DNA of 32,000 nucleotides, taken from NCBI GenBank assembly GCA_036362785.1, contig CP143625.1:217401-249400 (forward strand), in the 5' to 3' direction. Under the pieces are notes generated by a model. It was not told where the DNA came from. It ran no database searches and was given only the letters and a program-made list of their open reading frames with translations. Below, one piece after another: positions 9,979 through 19,559 of this stretch (its first letter is position 1; each line of letters opens with the position of its first letter). This DNA is from a beta proteobacterium MWH-UniP1 (GTDB lineage Bacteria > Pseudomonadota > Gammaproteobacteria > Burkholderiales > Burkholderiaceae_A). The position numbers were made by a program, and so were the translations under genes.

Positions 9979-11502
9979 ATGTTAAGCCTCTCGATGAATA
10001 CCGTAACGCTGCTCTATCTGATCGCGTCGGTCTGTTTTATTCAGGCGCTAAAGGGCCTGTCGCACCCCACTACATCGATTAAGGGCAACTTATTTGGCAT
10101 GACCGGTATGGCGATTGCGATCTTTACCACGGTCGGTTTGATTTCCACCATGTCGCAAAGCCTAGCCCCCACAGGCATTGAGGCCGCACTGCAGTCCGCT
10201 CAGAATGCCGTGAACCAGGCCATGGGCAAAGCACCCGCAGCCGAGAACGGTCTAATGAAGGGCCTGCTCTTGGTGCTGGGTGGTTTGGTGGTGGGCGGCG
10301 CCATTGGCGCCACCATGGCCAAGCGGGTGGAGATGACCAAGATGCCAGAGCTGGTGGCCTTCATGCACTCCATGATTGGTCTAGCAGCTGTGTTTATTGC
10401 CGTTGCTGCCGTTGCTGAGCCGTATGCCTTGAACATCACGCAAAAAGGCCAGCCCATTCCGATCGGCAACCGCTTAGAGCTCTTCTTGGGCGCAGCCATT
10501 GGTGCGATTACTTTCTCAGGCTCTGTGATTGCGTTTGGCAAACTCTCTGGCAAATACAAGTTCCGCCTGTTCCAGGGCGCGCCAGTCGTGTTTTCTGGCC
10601 AGCACATGCTCAACCTGATTTTGGGTATCGCCACGATCGCGCTTGGCCTGGTGTTTATGTTTACGGAAAGCTGGCCGGCGTTTTTTGCCATGCTGGCACT
10701 CTCGTTTGTGCTGGGTGTGTTGATCATCATCCCGATTGGCGGTGCCGATATGCCAGTGGTGGTGTCGATGTTAAACAGCTACTCTGGCTGGGCGGCAGCG
10801 GGCATTGGCTTTAGCTTGAATAACTCCATGCTGATCATTGCGGGTTCGCTTGTGGGTTCCAGCGGTGCGATTCTGTCTTACATTATGTGTAAGGCCATGA
10901 ATCGGTCGTTCTTCAACGTGATTCTGGGTGGCTTTGGTGGTGACGCTGCAGCAGCTACTGGCGGTGCACAAGAACAGCGCCCGGTGAAGAGTGGTTCGCC
11001 CGATGATGCTGCCTTTATGCTGACCAATGCCGAGACGGTGGTGATTGTTCCCGGTTACGGTTTGGCGGTTGCCCGTGCCCAGCATGCACTCAAAGAGTTG
11101 ACCGAAAAGCTCACGCACAAGGGCATCACGGTGAAGTACGCCATCCACCCTGTAGCTGGCCGTATGCCGGGCCATATGAACGTGCTCTTGGCGGAAGCCG
11201 AGGTGCCGTACGATCAGGTCTTTGAGATGGAAGATATCAACTCAGAGTTTGGTCAGACCGATGTGGTCTTGGTGTTGGGCGCGAATGACGTGGTCAACCC
11301 CGCCGCCCGCACGCCAGGCTCCCCTATCTTTGGCATGCCGATTCTGGAAGCCTATAAAGCCAAGACCGTTATTGTGAACAAGCGCTCTATGGCTGCTGGT
11401 TATGCTGGCTTGGATAACGACCTTTTCTACATGGACCGCACCATGATGGTCTTTGGTGATGCCAAAAAGGTCGTTGAAGATATGGTGAAGGCGGTGGAGT
11501 GA
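9979..11502 (+). CDS. pntB: NAD(P) transhydrogenase subunit beta
   Basis: Membrane N-terminal half plus a C-terminal dIII domain (VIVPGYGLAVARAQH, GANDVVNP). GGAGG Shine-Dalgarno 8 nt upstream of the ATG at 9979. Confidence 0.9.
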   Translation: MLSLSMNTVTLLYLIASVCFIQALKGLSHPTTSIKGNLFGMTGMAIAIFTTVGLISTMSQSLAPTGIEAALQSAQNAVNQAMGKAPAAENGLMKGLLLVLGGLVVGGAIGATMAKRVEMTKMPELVAFMHSMIGLAAVFIAVAAVAEPYALNITQKGQPIPIGNRLELFLGAAIGAITFSGSVIAFGKLSGKYKFRLFQGAPVVFSGQHMLNLILGIATIALGLVFMFTESWPAFFAMLALSFVLGVLIIIPIGGADMPVVVSMLNSYSGWAAAGIGFSLNNSMLIIAGSLVGSSGAILSYIMCKAMNRSFFNVILGGFGGDAAAATGGAQEQRPVKSGSPDDAAFMLTNAETVVIVPGYGLAVARAQHALKELTEKLTHKGITVKYAIHPVAGRMPGHMNVLLAEAEVPYDQVFEMEDINSEFGQTDVVLVLGANDVVNPAARTPGSPIFGMPILEAYKAKTVIVNKRSMAAGYAGLDNDLFYMDRTMMVFGDAKKVVEDMVKAVE

Positions 11503-11535
11503 TTCGCTTTAACCGAACTAAGAAGTTGTAACGCA

Positions 11536-11568
11536 AAGAAAAACGCCACTCATCGAGTGGCGTTTTTC
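11536..11568. terminator. Bidirectional rho-independent terminator between convergent pntB and erpA
   Basis: Hairpin acgccact/agtggcgt (11543-11550 / 11556-11563), flanked by an A-run upstream and a T-run downstream. Confidence 0.6.
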
Positions 11569-11599
11569 GTTCTTTTAGCGGTTCTAGAAAAAGATGGCT

Positions 11600-11971
11600 T
11601 TAGGCTGAAAAGCTTGAACCACAGCCACAAGTGGTCGTCGCATTTGGGTTCTTAATCACAAACTGTGAACCCTCAAGATCCTCTTTATAGTCGATTTCGG
11701 CGCCCACCAAGTACTGGTAACTCATGCTGTCAATCAGCAGAGTCACGCCATTTTTCTCCATGCTCGTGTCGTCTTCGTTGACGGCTTCATCAAAAGTAAA
11801 GCCGTACTGAAAACCACTGCAACCACCACCCTGAACGAACACGCGCAGTTTAAGCTCGGGGTTGCCCTCTTCATCAATAAGAGCTTTGACTTTGGCTGCC
11901 GCATTATCGGTAAAGTTAAGCGGGGCAGGCATTTCTAAATCAGCATTCTCAACGGCAGCATTCATATTCAA
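11600..11971 (-). CDS. erpA: Iron-sulfur cluster insertion protein (HesB/IscA family, ErpA-type)
   Basis: 123 aa with [11 protein letters not shown] and the C-terminal CGCGSSF motif. Adjacent to argC, as in many Burkholderiales. Confidence 0.85.
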   Translation of the reverse strand: MNMNAAVENADLEMPAPLNFTDNAAAKVKALIDEEGNPELKLRVFVQGGGCSGFQYGFTFDEAVNEDDTSMEKNGVTLLIDSMSYQYLVGAEIDYKEDLEGSQFVIKNPNATTTCGCGSSFSA

Positions 11972-11981
11972 TTCCTTTCAT

Positions 11982-13046
11982 TTACGGCAAAACTGGTACC
12001 TGGGTTAGACCAGCAGTTTCAGGCAGGCCAAACATAATGTTCATAACTTGCACCCCCTGGCCAGAGGCCCCTTTAGCCAAATTATCCTCTACCACCAGCA
12101 CCACGAGAAGATCACTCTCGGGCGGGCGATGCACCGCAATACGCACAAAATTAGACGCCCTGACCGACCGTGTCTCTGGGTGAGAACCCCGTGGAAGCAC
12201 GTCTACAAAGGGTTCTGCGGCGTAGCGCTCGTCAAAAAGCTTCTGAAAATCAAAGTCCTTGGCGTGGCCTAATACCCTTGCATAGAGTGTGGAATGGATG
12301 CCCCGGATCATCGGCGTCAGGTGGGGCACAAAGACCAGTTTCAAGTCGTTGGCACCCTGCGCCTTGCCGGCAGTAGAGGCAATCGCCTTAAGCCCCTGGG
12401 TGATTTCTGGCCAGTGGCGGTGGCCGGTAACGGAATAGGCTTTGAAGTTATCCCCCGCTTCCGCCAAAAGAATGCCGACCTCGGCCTTACGGCCCGCACC
12501 GCTAACCCCAGATTTGCAGTCGGCAATCAGAGATGAGGTGTCCACCAGGCCACCATGCTCCAGAACCGGCAGAAAACCCAGCTGTACGCTGGTGGGGTAA
12601 CAGCCGGGCAGACCGATCAGTCGGGCGACACGAATTGCCTCGCGATTGACCTCTGGCAGGCCGTAAACAGCTTCTGAAAGCAGATCAGTGCATGTGTGCG
12701 GGGTCTTGTACCAGCGCTCGAATTCAGCGGGGTCTTTGAGCCGAAAGTCTGCGGCCAGATCAATCACCTTGACGCCAGATTCCAGCAGGCCTCTTGCCTG
12801 CTCCATGGCAACCCCATGGGGTGTTGCAAAGAAGACGACATCACACTTTTGCAGGGGCGCATTGGCTGGGTCTGTAAATTGCAGATCGACCCTGCCGCGC
12901 AGAGACGGAAACATGTCGGCAACGGCCATGCCAGCTTCTTTTCGGCTCGTAATTGCTGTGATCTCTGCGTGGGGGTGCTGGGCCAACAGCCGAAGCAATT
13001 CAACCCCCGTGTAGCCAGTGCCCCCGACAATGCCAACTTTGATCAT
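11982..13046 (-). CDS. argC: N-acetyl-gamma-glutamyl-phosphate reductase
   Basis: [22 protein letters not shown]-terminus and active-site segment PGCYPTS, 354 aa. Confidence 0.9.
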   Translation of the reverse strand: MIKVGIVGGTGYTGVELLRLLAQHPHAEITAITSRKEAGMAVADMFPSLRGRVDLQFTDPANAPLQKCDVVFFATPHGVAMEQARGLLESGVKVIDLAADFRLKDPAEFERWYKTPHTCTDLLSEAVYGLPEVNREAIRVARLIGLPGCYPTSVQLGFLPVLEHGGLVDTSSLIADCKSGVSGAGRKAEVGILLAEAGDNFKAYSVTGHRHWPEITQGLKAIASTAGKAQGANDLKLVFVPHLTPMIRGIHSTLYARVLGHAKDFDFQKLFDERYAAEPFVDVLPRGSHPETRSVRASNFVRIAVHRPPESDLLVVLVVEDNLAKGASGQGVQVMNIMFGLPETAGLTQVPVLP

Positions 13047-13063
13047 TTCAGAATCCTTAAAAG

Positions 13064-13095
13064 AAAAACCCCTCGGAGATTATCTCTCGGAGGGG
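13064..13095 (-). terminator. Rho-independent terminator after rpsI
   Basis: Hairpin cccctcggaga...tctcggagggg with one mismatch. On the minus strand it is followed by a T-run (the A-run at 13064-13068 on the plus strand). Confidence 0.6.
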
Positions 13096-13138
13096 TCTCG
13101 GTTTGGGAGTGGAAAAGAACCCCCAAAATTTCCAACAA

Positions 13139-13531
13139 TTAACGCTTCGAGAACTGCTTGCGCTTACGGGCTTTATGCAGACCGACTTTTTTGCGCTCGA
13201 CCTCTCGGGCGTCACGCGTGACCAAGCCAGCTTTCGACAGAGCGGCTTTCAGCGTTTCATCGTAGTCGATCAGAGCACGGGTCAGACCGTGGCGAACTGC
13301 GCCCGCTTGGCCAGACTCGCCACCACCGTTGACGTTTACTTTCACGTCAAACGTGCTGTTGTGGTTGGTCAAAACCAAAGGCTGCATCACGATCATGCGG
13401 CCAGTTTCGCGGGAAAAGTATTGATCCAAGGGCTTGCCGTTGACAACGATGTTGCCCTTACCGCTTTTAATGAAAACACGGGCTACCGAGCTTTTGCGCC
13501 GTCCCGTTCCGTAGTTGTATTCGCCGACCAT
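13139..13531 (-). CDS. rpsI: 30S ribosomal protein S9
   Basis: 130 aa with the C-terminal [14 protein letters not shown] signature. Confidence 0.95.
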   Translation of the reverse strand: MVGEYNYGTGRRKSSVARVFIKSGKGNIVVNGKPLDQYFSRETGRMIVMQPLVLTNHNSTFDVKVNVNGGGESGQAGAVRHGLTRALIDYDETLKAALSKAGLVTRDAREVERKKVGLHKARKRKQFSKR

Positions 13532-13586
13532 GGTGCTTAAACCTTTTTTGTTGAGCTTTTCATTAATGTGCCGTTGATGGCACGAA

Positions 13587-14018
13587 TCAGTTAATCATAA
13601 GGGCTTTGGGCTGCTGTGCGCTGTGGGGATGTGCATCACCCGCATAAATCTTTAACTTCTTGATCATGGCGTAGCCCAGTGGGCCTTTGGGCAGCATACC
13701 TTTCACTGCAATCTCTAGTGCACGGCCAGGAAACTTGCCCTGCATCTTGCTGAATGTCGTTTCTGAAATACCGCCGGGGTAGCCGGAGTGGCGGAAGTAC
13801 TTCTTGTCATCCGCCTTGTTGCCAGTGACACGGATTTTTTCAGCGTTCACGACAACAATGAAGTCGCCCGTGTCTACGTGGGGCGTGAATTCTGGCTTGT
13901 GCTTGCCGCGCAGGCGGTGAGCAATCTCAGCCGCCAGGCGGCCCAATACAGCATTCGTGCCGTCGACGACGTACCAGTCGTGTTGTGCTGTTTCAGCTTT
14001 TGCGGAAAACGTCTTCAT
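13587..14018 (-). CDS. rplM: 50S ribosomal protein L13
   Basis: [21 protein letters not shown]-terminus. I place the start at ATG 14016-14018 (143 aa) rather than at the extended ORF-track start of 14114. Confidence 0.95.
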   Translation of the reverse strand: MKTFSAKAETAQHDWYVVDGTNAVLGRLAAEIAHRLRGKHKPEFTPHVDTGDFIVVVNAEKIRVTGNKADDKKYFRHSGYPGGISETTFSKMQGKFPGRALEIAVKGMLPKGPLGYAMIKKLKIYAGDAHPHSAQQPKALMIN

Positions 14019-14124
14019 ATTCTCAATCTCTTTGGTCAATTTTGCCCGCTGGACAAACCGCCAGCGACCGAACGGAATTAGGGAAAGCCTTCTAGGATAA
14101 CGGGTTTCAGCCAAATCAGCAAGG

Positions 14125-14158
14125 CAAAAAAAAGCCCCAAGCCACAGGGGCTTGGGGT
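14125..14158 (-). terminator. Rho-independent terminator-like hairpin downstream of the toxin-antitoxin pair
   Basis: gccccaagc ... gcttgggg(c) stem. On the minus strand it is followed by a T-run (plus-strand A-run at 14125-14133). Confidence 0.5.
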
Positions 14159-14388
14159 GTAATCCACCAAAGGAGGAGGGTGGAGGAGACAGATTGTAGA
14201 GTAACCCGAATTTTGGTGCGGCGCAACTATTTATGAACCAAAAGTCATTAGAAAGTCAGGGGAGATGATTTGGTCTTTTTAGGGTTGGGGCAGCAAAACC
14301 ACTTTAATAGCATGGTTTTTTAACGGAACCGATTTTGGGCGGTGAGTCCCTTTGCGGACTGCTCAACAGTGTGTCTTAAAAGGACTTG

Positions 14389-14673
14389 TCAGAAACTGCT
14401 GGGCCAGATACGCGAGCTATGAAACACGTGAAGGATCTGGACTTCTTGACCTTTCACGCGATAGGGAATGATGTAGGGGTACTTGACCAAGACCAACTCG
14501 CGGGTGCCGTGTACTCGGCCCGTGCGACCGGTCTGCGGGTATTGCGCCAGCTGCTCTGCGCTGGCTATCGCATGGCGGAAAAACTCTCGTGCCGCCTTGG
14601 GGTTGTCTTGAGCGATATAGTCGTGGGCTGCGATCAAGGCTTTGGTCGCCCTGGTAAGCCATCTAACCCGCAT
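14389..14673 (-). CDS. Type II toxin, ParE/RelE family
   Basis: 94 aa. MRVRWLTRATKAL..YIAQDNPKAA N-terminus and C-terminal ILHVFHSSR, typical of ParE-like toxins. 11-nt overlap with the upstream antitoxin ORF. Confidence 0.75.
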   Translation of the reverse strand: MRVRWLTRATKALIAAHDYIAQDNPKAAREFFRHAIASAEQLAQYPQTGRTGRVHGTRELVLVKYPYIIPYRVKGQEVQILHVFHSSRIWPSSF

Positions 14674-14899
14674 ACTTCTTCACGATCTTGGCAAACTCCG
14701 CATCGCTTACAAAGTCGCCCGCGTCGGCTTCCTTGATGGCTTGTTTAATTTCCTTGATCTGCCAGGCCTCTACTTCAAGATAGCGCTCAATCGCTTCAGC
14801 TGCAAGAAAAGACTTTGAGCGCTTGGTGGCCTCGGCTAGCTTATCCAGTTTGGCCTTGGTTTTGGTATCGACCCGTAAAGTAAGCACAGCGCTTTCCAT
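14663..14899 (-). CDS. Type II antitoxin, ribbon-helix-helix (CopG/ParD-like)
   Basis: 78 aa from ATG 14897-14899, preceded by AAGGAG. N-terminal beta-strand LTLRVDTKTKAKLDKLA followed by helices. The ORF-track start at 14992 is probably an over-extension. Confidence 0.7.
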   Translation of the reverse strand: MESAVLTLRVDTKTKAKLDKLAEATKRSKSFLAAEAIERYLEVEAWQIKEIKQAIKEADAGDFVSDAEFAKIVKKYAG

Positions 14900-15094
14900 G
14901 AGCTGCTCCTTCGTAAGATGCAGATGTATACATTGTATAAATTTTGGGCCAAAACGCAACCGCTCGTTTTTCATTAAAAGGATTTGTTGCACGTGGGCCC
15001 GTTAAGCGGAGCGCACTTTAATAACCGCTTCGGGGTTGTGTTGAGTCACGTTGAACAGCAACAGCACTGGACTGTGGGGTGAGGTCACACAAAC

Positions 15095-15122
15095 AAAAAC
15101 CCCCGCTTTGTGAGCGGGGGTT
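15095..15122 (-). terminator. Rho-independent terminator of porin gene 1
   Basis: cccccgct/agcggggg hairpin (15100-15107 / 15113-15120). A T-run follows on the minus strand. Confidence 0.6.
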
Positions 15123-15169
15123 CTCGCGGTTTCTAACTCTTTCAACAGTCTGGTGACTGTCGGGGGAGA

Positions 15170-16321
15170 TTAGAAGCTGTGGGTCAAACCGACGCGAGCT
15201 GTGGTCCGCTTGATATCGTCAGTCGCAGGGGACTCGTCCTTGTCCGAGCCGTACAATGCCCAAGCAGAAGTACGCTTGCTAAATGCATAGTCGGCAATTA
15301 CCTGGAAGCCAGGACGATCAAACGAGGCTGCACCACCAGCTGATGGCTCAGTCTTAGCTGAGGAGTAACCTGCCTTGACCGTGAAGGCTGATGTAACAGG
15401 AACTGCTACGCCAAACTCGGTGTAGCTGGACTTTGACTCGGCTCCAGTGAGACCAATCTTGCGCTGGCCAATCAAACCAGTGACTTTTGCTACTTTGAAG
15501 TCATAGCTAGCACCGATAGCGGCTGTATCGTAGCGGTATTTGCCAGGGCCGGTTTCTACGCCAAAAAGAGACACTCCTTCGGATTTTGAAACGCCGGTAC
15601 CGGAATCAATATCCCCACTACCGAAATGAACTCCCACCGAGAGTGGGCCGGCAACGTAGTTGATGTTTGCTTGGGCCATTGATACGTCATAAAACTCCAC
15701 TGCATCTGTTGCAGCAGCCTCGTAGGAAGCCTTGGAAGCTGAGTAAGCAACGGAGGCGGCGATACCACTAAACGACGGGGTGGTATAGGCGATCTGGTTA
15801 GCACGGGTCAAGCGACTGACTTTATGGCCCTCGTAGCCAGCGGAGTTATCTGTCAACAGGGAATAAGTATCGTTAAAGTCCGTGTCGAGGGTTTTCTTGT
15901 AACCAATTAAGGCTTGACCGAAATTGCCGCTCAAGGTCATAAACGCTTGACGAGTGGCTGCACCGAAGACAGCCGAATCGGCCGAGGTAGTAGAAGTAGA
16001 ACCTTCTCCCGTTCCTGTGACTTTATGGCCATTGGTCTTATCGATTGCTGTACCGTTCGTCAGGTTCAGGCCGGACTCAAGCACAAAACCGGCCTTCAGA
16101 CCACCACCCAGATCCTCGGTGCCACGGAAACCGAGACGGCTCGAGCTATTTGCGCTGTCAGCCAATCCCGTGCTTTTAACGTTGCTGGTTGCGGTTGCCG
16201 AGCCCTTCGTTTCATTTACGCCGTAGGACGCGTCAAGTACACCATAAATGCTAACGTTTTGAGCCATCGCAGGCACTGCAACAGCAGCAGCTACGGCAGC
16301 AGCAATAAGATGCTTCTTCAT
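15170..16321 (-). CDS. Outer-membrane general porin (Gram-negative porin family), paralog 1
   Basis: Signal peptide MKKHLIAAAVAAAVAVPAMA/QN, beta-barrel-like alternating pattern, C-terminal ...VGLTHSF (terminal Phe). Confidence 0.85.
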   Translation of the reverse strand: MKKHLIAAAVAAAVAVPAMAQNVSIYGVLDASYGVNETKGSATATSNVKSTGLADSANSSSRLGFRGTEDLGGGLKAGFVLESGLNLTNGTAIDKTNGHKVTGTGEGSTSTTSADSAVFGAATRQAFMTLSGNFGQALIGYKKTLDTDFNDTYSLLTDNSAGYEGHKVSRLTRANQIAYTTPSFSGIAASVAYSASKASYEAAATDAVEFYDVSMAQANINYVAGPLSVGVHFGSGDIDSGTGVSKSEGVSLFGVETGPGKYRYDTAAIGASYDFKVAKVTGLIGQRKIGLTGAESKSSYTEFGVAVPVTSAFTVKAGYSSAKTEPSAGGAASFDRPGFQVIADYAFSKRTSAWALYGSDKDESPATDDIKRTTARVGLTHSF

Positions 16322-16337
16322 TAATAGTTCTCCTAAA
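16261..16337. repeat. 77-bp segment (porin 5' UTR plus signal peptide), near-identical to 26121..26197
   Basis: Hand alignment gives 3 mismatches in 77 bp against the porin-2 copy. Confidence 0.85.
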
Positions 16338-16652
16338 GGGGAACTACGATTTCAAAACCTTTTTCGACCGTATCGTAATGGCTCCAACACCGCAGCAGCA
16401 TTGGGTTTCAGCGTGTTGCACACCGCGTAGTGTGCGAGAAAAAATCGTGAAGATTTGTTGAAAATATTTTCGATGTTTGACGCTGCGTTTACGGTGCACT
16501 GACGCAATGAGATTGGCATTGATACAATTTCAGTTTTTGTTATCTCGCTTTTATATAGCGGTGTGCGACATTACGCTGTGCAGATGCTGTGTGCTGCAAA
16601 CGACGAAAACTTTTACGCGATACGCTGCCGAACGCTGCCACGGTTAGATACG

Positions 16653-17858
16653 ATGACGCAGATTCCTGGCTATCCCACGAAGTTGAAAATCTTTCAAACC
16701 AATGCATCACGATTTTGGCAAGTGCGTTGCTTCTTTCCGCCTAAAGCCATTATTCGCAGTCTGCGAACTACAAGTAAGCGTGAGGCGATTGCAAAAGCCA
16801 AACTCTTTTATGACACTGAGTTGGTAAAGCGTGGCTTGTTGGCAAGCGATATCAGTAAACGCTTAACGCACAGCGTGGAAGAAGTGGCAGCACTGTTATT
16901 TGATAGTGAGGCTGCACGGCTAAAACGAGACGAGATCACCAAGCAGTCGTATGTGATGCTGACTTGCCGAATACGCAAGCAGGTGTTGCCATTTTTCCGC
17001 AATGTTGCGGTTGAAGATATTGACTACACGCAAGTGGCAAAATTCTTGGCACATCTAAGCCAGCATGACTATAGACCCATGACGATCAAGCAATACATGT
17101 CTGCACTGCGTAGGGTCTTGACATGTGCACACGATCACGGCTGGGTAGAACGATTGCCAAAGTTTCCACAGCTCAAAATACATAGCTCGGCCCGCGGCTC
17201 GTTTGCTGTAGCGGAGTATCGACAATTACTGCGTACAGCCAAACAGCTTCGGCAAATCAATCCCAAACCCATTACGCTTACCCATCGCAGTACACGCGGG
17301 GGGATTTATACGGATACGGAAGGGTTGCCGTGGGAGTTTGCGTGGCTAATTGGTTTTATGGTCAATAGCTTTGTGCGTCCAGTCGATGTCAAAGTCATCC
17401 AGCACAAGCATGTGCAGGTGATACGGGGTGAGCACTGCTACTTGCGATTGGTGCTGCCTGAAACCAAACGCCATAAAAGCCAAGTTATTACACTGCCAGC
17501 AGCCCTGCACATTTATGAGCAGTTAAAGCAGCACTTTGAGCGGCAGGGATTGGCAGGCGAAGAAGACTATTTGTTTTTACCCCAAGTGCAAGATCGTGCC
17601 GCGGCGATGTGGCTGCTTGAGCGGTATTTTGGAAGACTCCTGGATGCAACGGGCTTGCGTTTTAGTGGGCCGGGGGGACGCAGAACGCTGTATAGCCTTC
17701 GCCACTCTGCCATCACTTTTAGGCTGCTGTATGGCAAGGGCATTGACTTGCTGACCCTGGCACGCAATGCCCGCACCAGCTTAGAGATGGTGGATAAGTT
17801 CTATGCAAGCGAGCTCAGTGCCGAGATGAATGTTGCCATGCTGCACAGCAGGCGGTAA
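16653..17858 (+). CDS. Tyrosine-type site-specific integrase (phage integrase family)
   Basis: C-terminal catalytic region with LYSLRHSAITFRL (HxxR) and MVDKFYA (catalytic Tyr), plus an N-terminal SAM-like/core-binding region. Start placed at ATG 16653 (401 aa); the ORF-track GTG at 16563 is less likely. Confidence 0.85.
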   Translation: MTQIPGYPTKLKIFQTNASRFWQVRCFFPPKAIIRSLRTTSKREAIAKAKLFYDTELVKRGLLASDISKRLTHSVEEVAALLFDSEAARLKRDEITKQSYVMLTCRIRKQVLPFFRNVAVEDIDYTQVAKFLAHLSQHDYRPMTIKQYMSALRRVLTCAHDHGWVERLPKFPQLKIHSSARGSFAVAEYRQLLRTAKQLRQINPKPITLTHRSTRGGIYTDTEGLPWEFAWLIGFMVNSFVRPVDVKVIQHKHVQVIRGEHCYLRLVLPETKRHKSQVITLPAALHIYEQLKQHFERQGLAGEEDYLFLPQVQDRAAAMWLLERYFGRLLDATGLRFSGPGGRRTLYSLRHSAITFRLLYGKGIDLLTLARNARTSLEMVDKFYASELSAEMNVAMLHSRR

Positions 17859-17951
17859 TGCACAGGGAGAAGGGGGTATTTTTACCGTATTCCCCATACG
17901 CCAACCCCGTCTCGCTATGCCAGCTCCTCAACCCCCCAAACTCACGCTCAA

Positions 17952-17974
17952 AAAACCCTAATTTAAGGTTTTAG
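17952..17974. repeat. 23-bp near-palindrome, copy 1 (aaaaccctaatttaaggttttag)
   Basis: Identical over 23 bp to 21558..21580. Arms AAAACCC / AGGTTTT surround the TAATTTA spacer. Confidence 0.8.
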
Positions 17975-18144
17975 GCGGCGATGGAAAGTTTCTGGGCGGC
18001 TTTGGCACGGCGTTGGCGTTCCCGTTCTGCTGCCAGCTGCCGCCTTGCTTGCTCCACTTGTGCTTGCAGGGTACGCAGGCGGGCTTCCTGGGGGTTAAGC
18101 GGCTTGGCTGGGGGCATAGCAGGCTTGAATTCAAAAAATCTCAT
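17971..18144 (-). CDS. Possible small (57 aa) Arg/Gln/Ala-rich coiled-coil protein
   Basis: Internal ATG 18142-18144 avoids overlap with the upstream 145-aa gene. The product resembles the small ORF at 24753..24929. No convincing Shine-Dalgarno. Confidence 0.3.
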   Translation of the reverse strand: MRFFEFKPAMPPAKPLNPQEARLRTLQAQVEQARRQLAAERERQRRAKAAQKLSIAA

Positions 18145-18184
18145 CGTCTTGTATTTAAGCTGCCACCCACCCCCATTGCATTGA

Positions 18185-18622
18185 CTACTTGCGAAAGCCT
18201 GAACGCAGGGCCCCACTTGCCAGCTCAATTTGGCTATCGAGCTCGCCAGCTTCCACAGCCGTCTTAACAACCGTCAATGCATCAATTAGCTCGGCTGCGC
18301 TGCCCACCTCGATTGCGGACTTATTTTTCGCCAGCTCAATCAGTTTGCTGCCATAACGCACATTGACACAGACCTTGCCGTTTTCCGCCACGAACCACCA
18401 CGGCTTTATGCGCTTGGCGACTTCCACGGTGGTACGCACGCCATCGGCATCGCGAATGCTTTTAAGTTTCTTGCTGACAAAAGTGCTGCCCGTTTGTTGT
18501 GCCCTTGCAAGTTCAATTTGCTCCCATAGCCGCTTTGACAGCTTGTTGCGTTGGGCCACGATGGCAGGTTGGTTAATGGGCTTTTTTGCCGCAGTTAATT
18601 TGAGACTGGCTAATGCTGACAT
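18185..18622 (-). CDS. Hypothetical protein (145 aa), island-borne
   Basis: Clean ORF with no recognisable catalytic motif. The sequence style (…RLWEQIELARAQQ…KRIKPWWF…) resembles conserved hypothetical proteins seen on integrative elements; this is from memory and unverified. Confidence 0.55.
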   Translation of the reverse strand: MSALASLKLTAAKKPINQPAIVAQRNKLSKRLWEQIELARAQQTGSTFVSKKLKSIRDADGVRTTVEVAKRIKPWWFVAENGKVCVNVRYGSKLIELAKNKSAIEVGSAAELIDALTVVKTAVEAGELDSQIELASGALRSGFRK

Positions 18623-18788
18623 GTGTTTGCTCCTTTAAGTAATGGTTGGAAGCTTTAATTTGCGATCAGTAGCCAGATCTGGGCAAATAGTTTCGCGGCT
18701 CTTGCCTTACCCACGATAAGAATTGAAAGCGATTTTTCTGCAGCTCTTATCTCGTCAAGTTTTTTACGCTACACAATATCCAAAAAAT

Positions 18789-19280
18789 ATGTCAGCATCT
18801 CCCGCCATGAGCGGCCAAGAAAAAGACCTGCTACAAAAACTCCAAGACAAGCTTCTCAAGCTCGTCATGATTGCCCATAGCCATATGCTTACTGAAGAAG
18901 ACGAGCTAGTCTATATGCCGGCGATTCAAGGCGGAGTTAGTCTGGTGCAATTTGATGACGCGCTTCTTTTAAAGCTTGTTGATCTCTCCGCATCCGATTC
19001 TGGGGGCACTTATTTTTTGAAATTTGAGGCGTTAGGCTCTCTTGCTAACGCACTGCAAGCGGGTGGGTTGGCGACAGTGTTTGATGCGTGGCTTATTAAT
19101 GCAAAATTTAAAAGGATTTTTGTGATCGACGAACACTGCGATCTAGAAAAGATATTTTGGCAGGTTGTGACAAAACCAGCGCAGGCGCAAACGCCCCCGA
19201 CAGTCGATCAATTAATGTTGGCACATGAAAGCTTAGACAAACTTTTGGTCTTTTATGCAATGAAATTTTCAAACTCGTAA
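18789..19280 (+). CDS. Hypothetical protein (about 163 aa)
   Basis: ORF 18723..19280; the first ATG is at 18789. No recognisable domain. AT-rich. Confidence 0.45.
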   Translation: MSASPAMSGQEKDLLQKLQDKLLKLVMIAHSHMLTEEDELVYMPAIQGGVSLVQFDDALLLKLVDLSASDSGGTYFLKFEALGSLANALQAGGLATVFDAWLINAKFKRIFVIDEHCDLEKIFWQVVTKPAQAQTPPTVDQLMLAHESLDKLLVFYAMKFSNS

Positions 19281-19354
19281 TTGGTGGCTTTAGGCAAACG
19301 CCTGAAATTCCAAGAATATTTCTCCTTAAGCCGCAAGATCATAAATAAACATGC

Positions 19355-19387
19355 GAGTTGCTATGGAGTTGCTAATGAGTGGCAAGT
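19355..19387. repeat. Three tandem 11-bp units (gagttgctatg / gagttgctaat / gagtggcaagt)
   Basis: Read directly from the sequence. 11-bp periodicity, within a 280-bp intergenic region rich in other short repeats. Confidence 0.6.
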
Positions 19388-19559
19388 CGCCGGGTTAGAA
19401 ACAAGTCACTCGTTACTAGTTACTTGCTGCGACAAATGGCAACGAGCTACCTAAAGTGGCGTTCGTTACAAGCAACCGAAACAAGTGACTTTTTCTCCTG
19501 GCCTGCGACTGCAAAAGCAACACTTGCGACTGGCGACTAACAACAAGGAGAAACACAAA

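Noticed and set aside
10147-10263. An extra loop of about 35 aa (STMSQSLAPTGIEAALQSAQNAVNQAMGKAPAAENGLMKG) in PntB, relative to the E. coli PntB sequence as I remember it
   Set aside because: It is probably a lineage-specific inter-helix loop. My comparison is from memory and not an alignment, so it is not reported as a finding.
10200-10730. 176-aa minus-strand ORF inside pntB (also 10771..11175)
   Set aside because: Antisense shadow ORFs of a confidently identified gene, with no start context.
12696-13540. Plus-strand ORFs 12696..13142 and 13103..13540, overlapping argC and rpsI
   Set aside because: They are antisense to argC and rpsI and cross the intergenic terminator. No recognisable protein features.
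15914-16324. 136-aa plus-strand ORF antisense to porin 1 (and 25751..26086 antisense to porin 2)
   Set aside because: Shadow ORFs. The porin frames have a signal peptide, barrel pattern and terminal Phe.
16563-16652. N-terminal extensions suggested by the ORF track: integrase from GTG 16563, rplM from 14114, antitoxin from 14992, orphan gene from 19485, recombinase from TTG 20491
   Set aside because: Internal ATG starts with better Shine-Dalgarno spacing, or with canonical protein N-termini (for example L13 MKTF...), fit better. The extensions have no homology-like features.
16322-16652. tRNA or tmRNA gene, or clear att direct repeats, at the island borders (also 24724..24928)
   Set aside because: I found no cloverleaf-compatible sequence or T-loop (GGTTCGAAT-like) motif. 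The only shared words between the two borders are 8-mers, which is what chance predicts for regions of this size.
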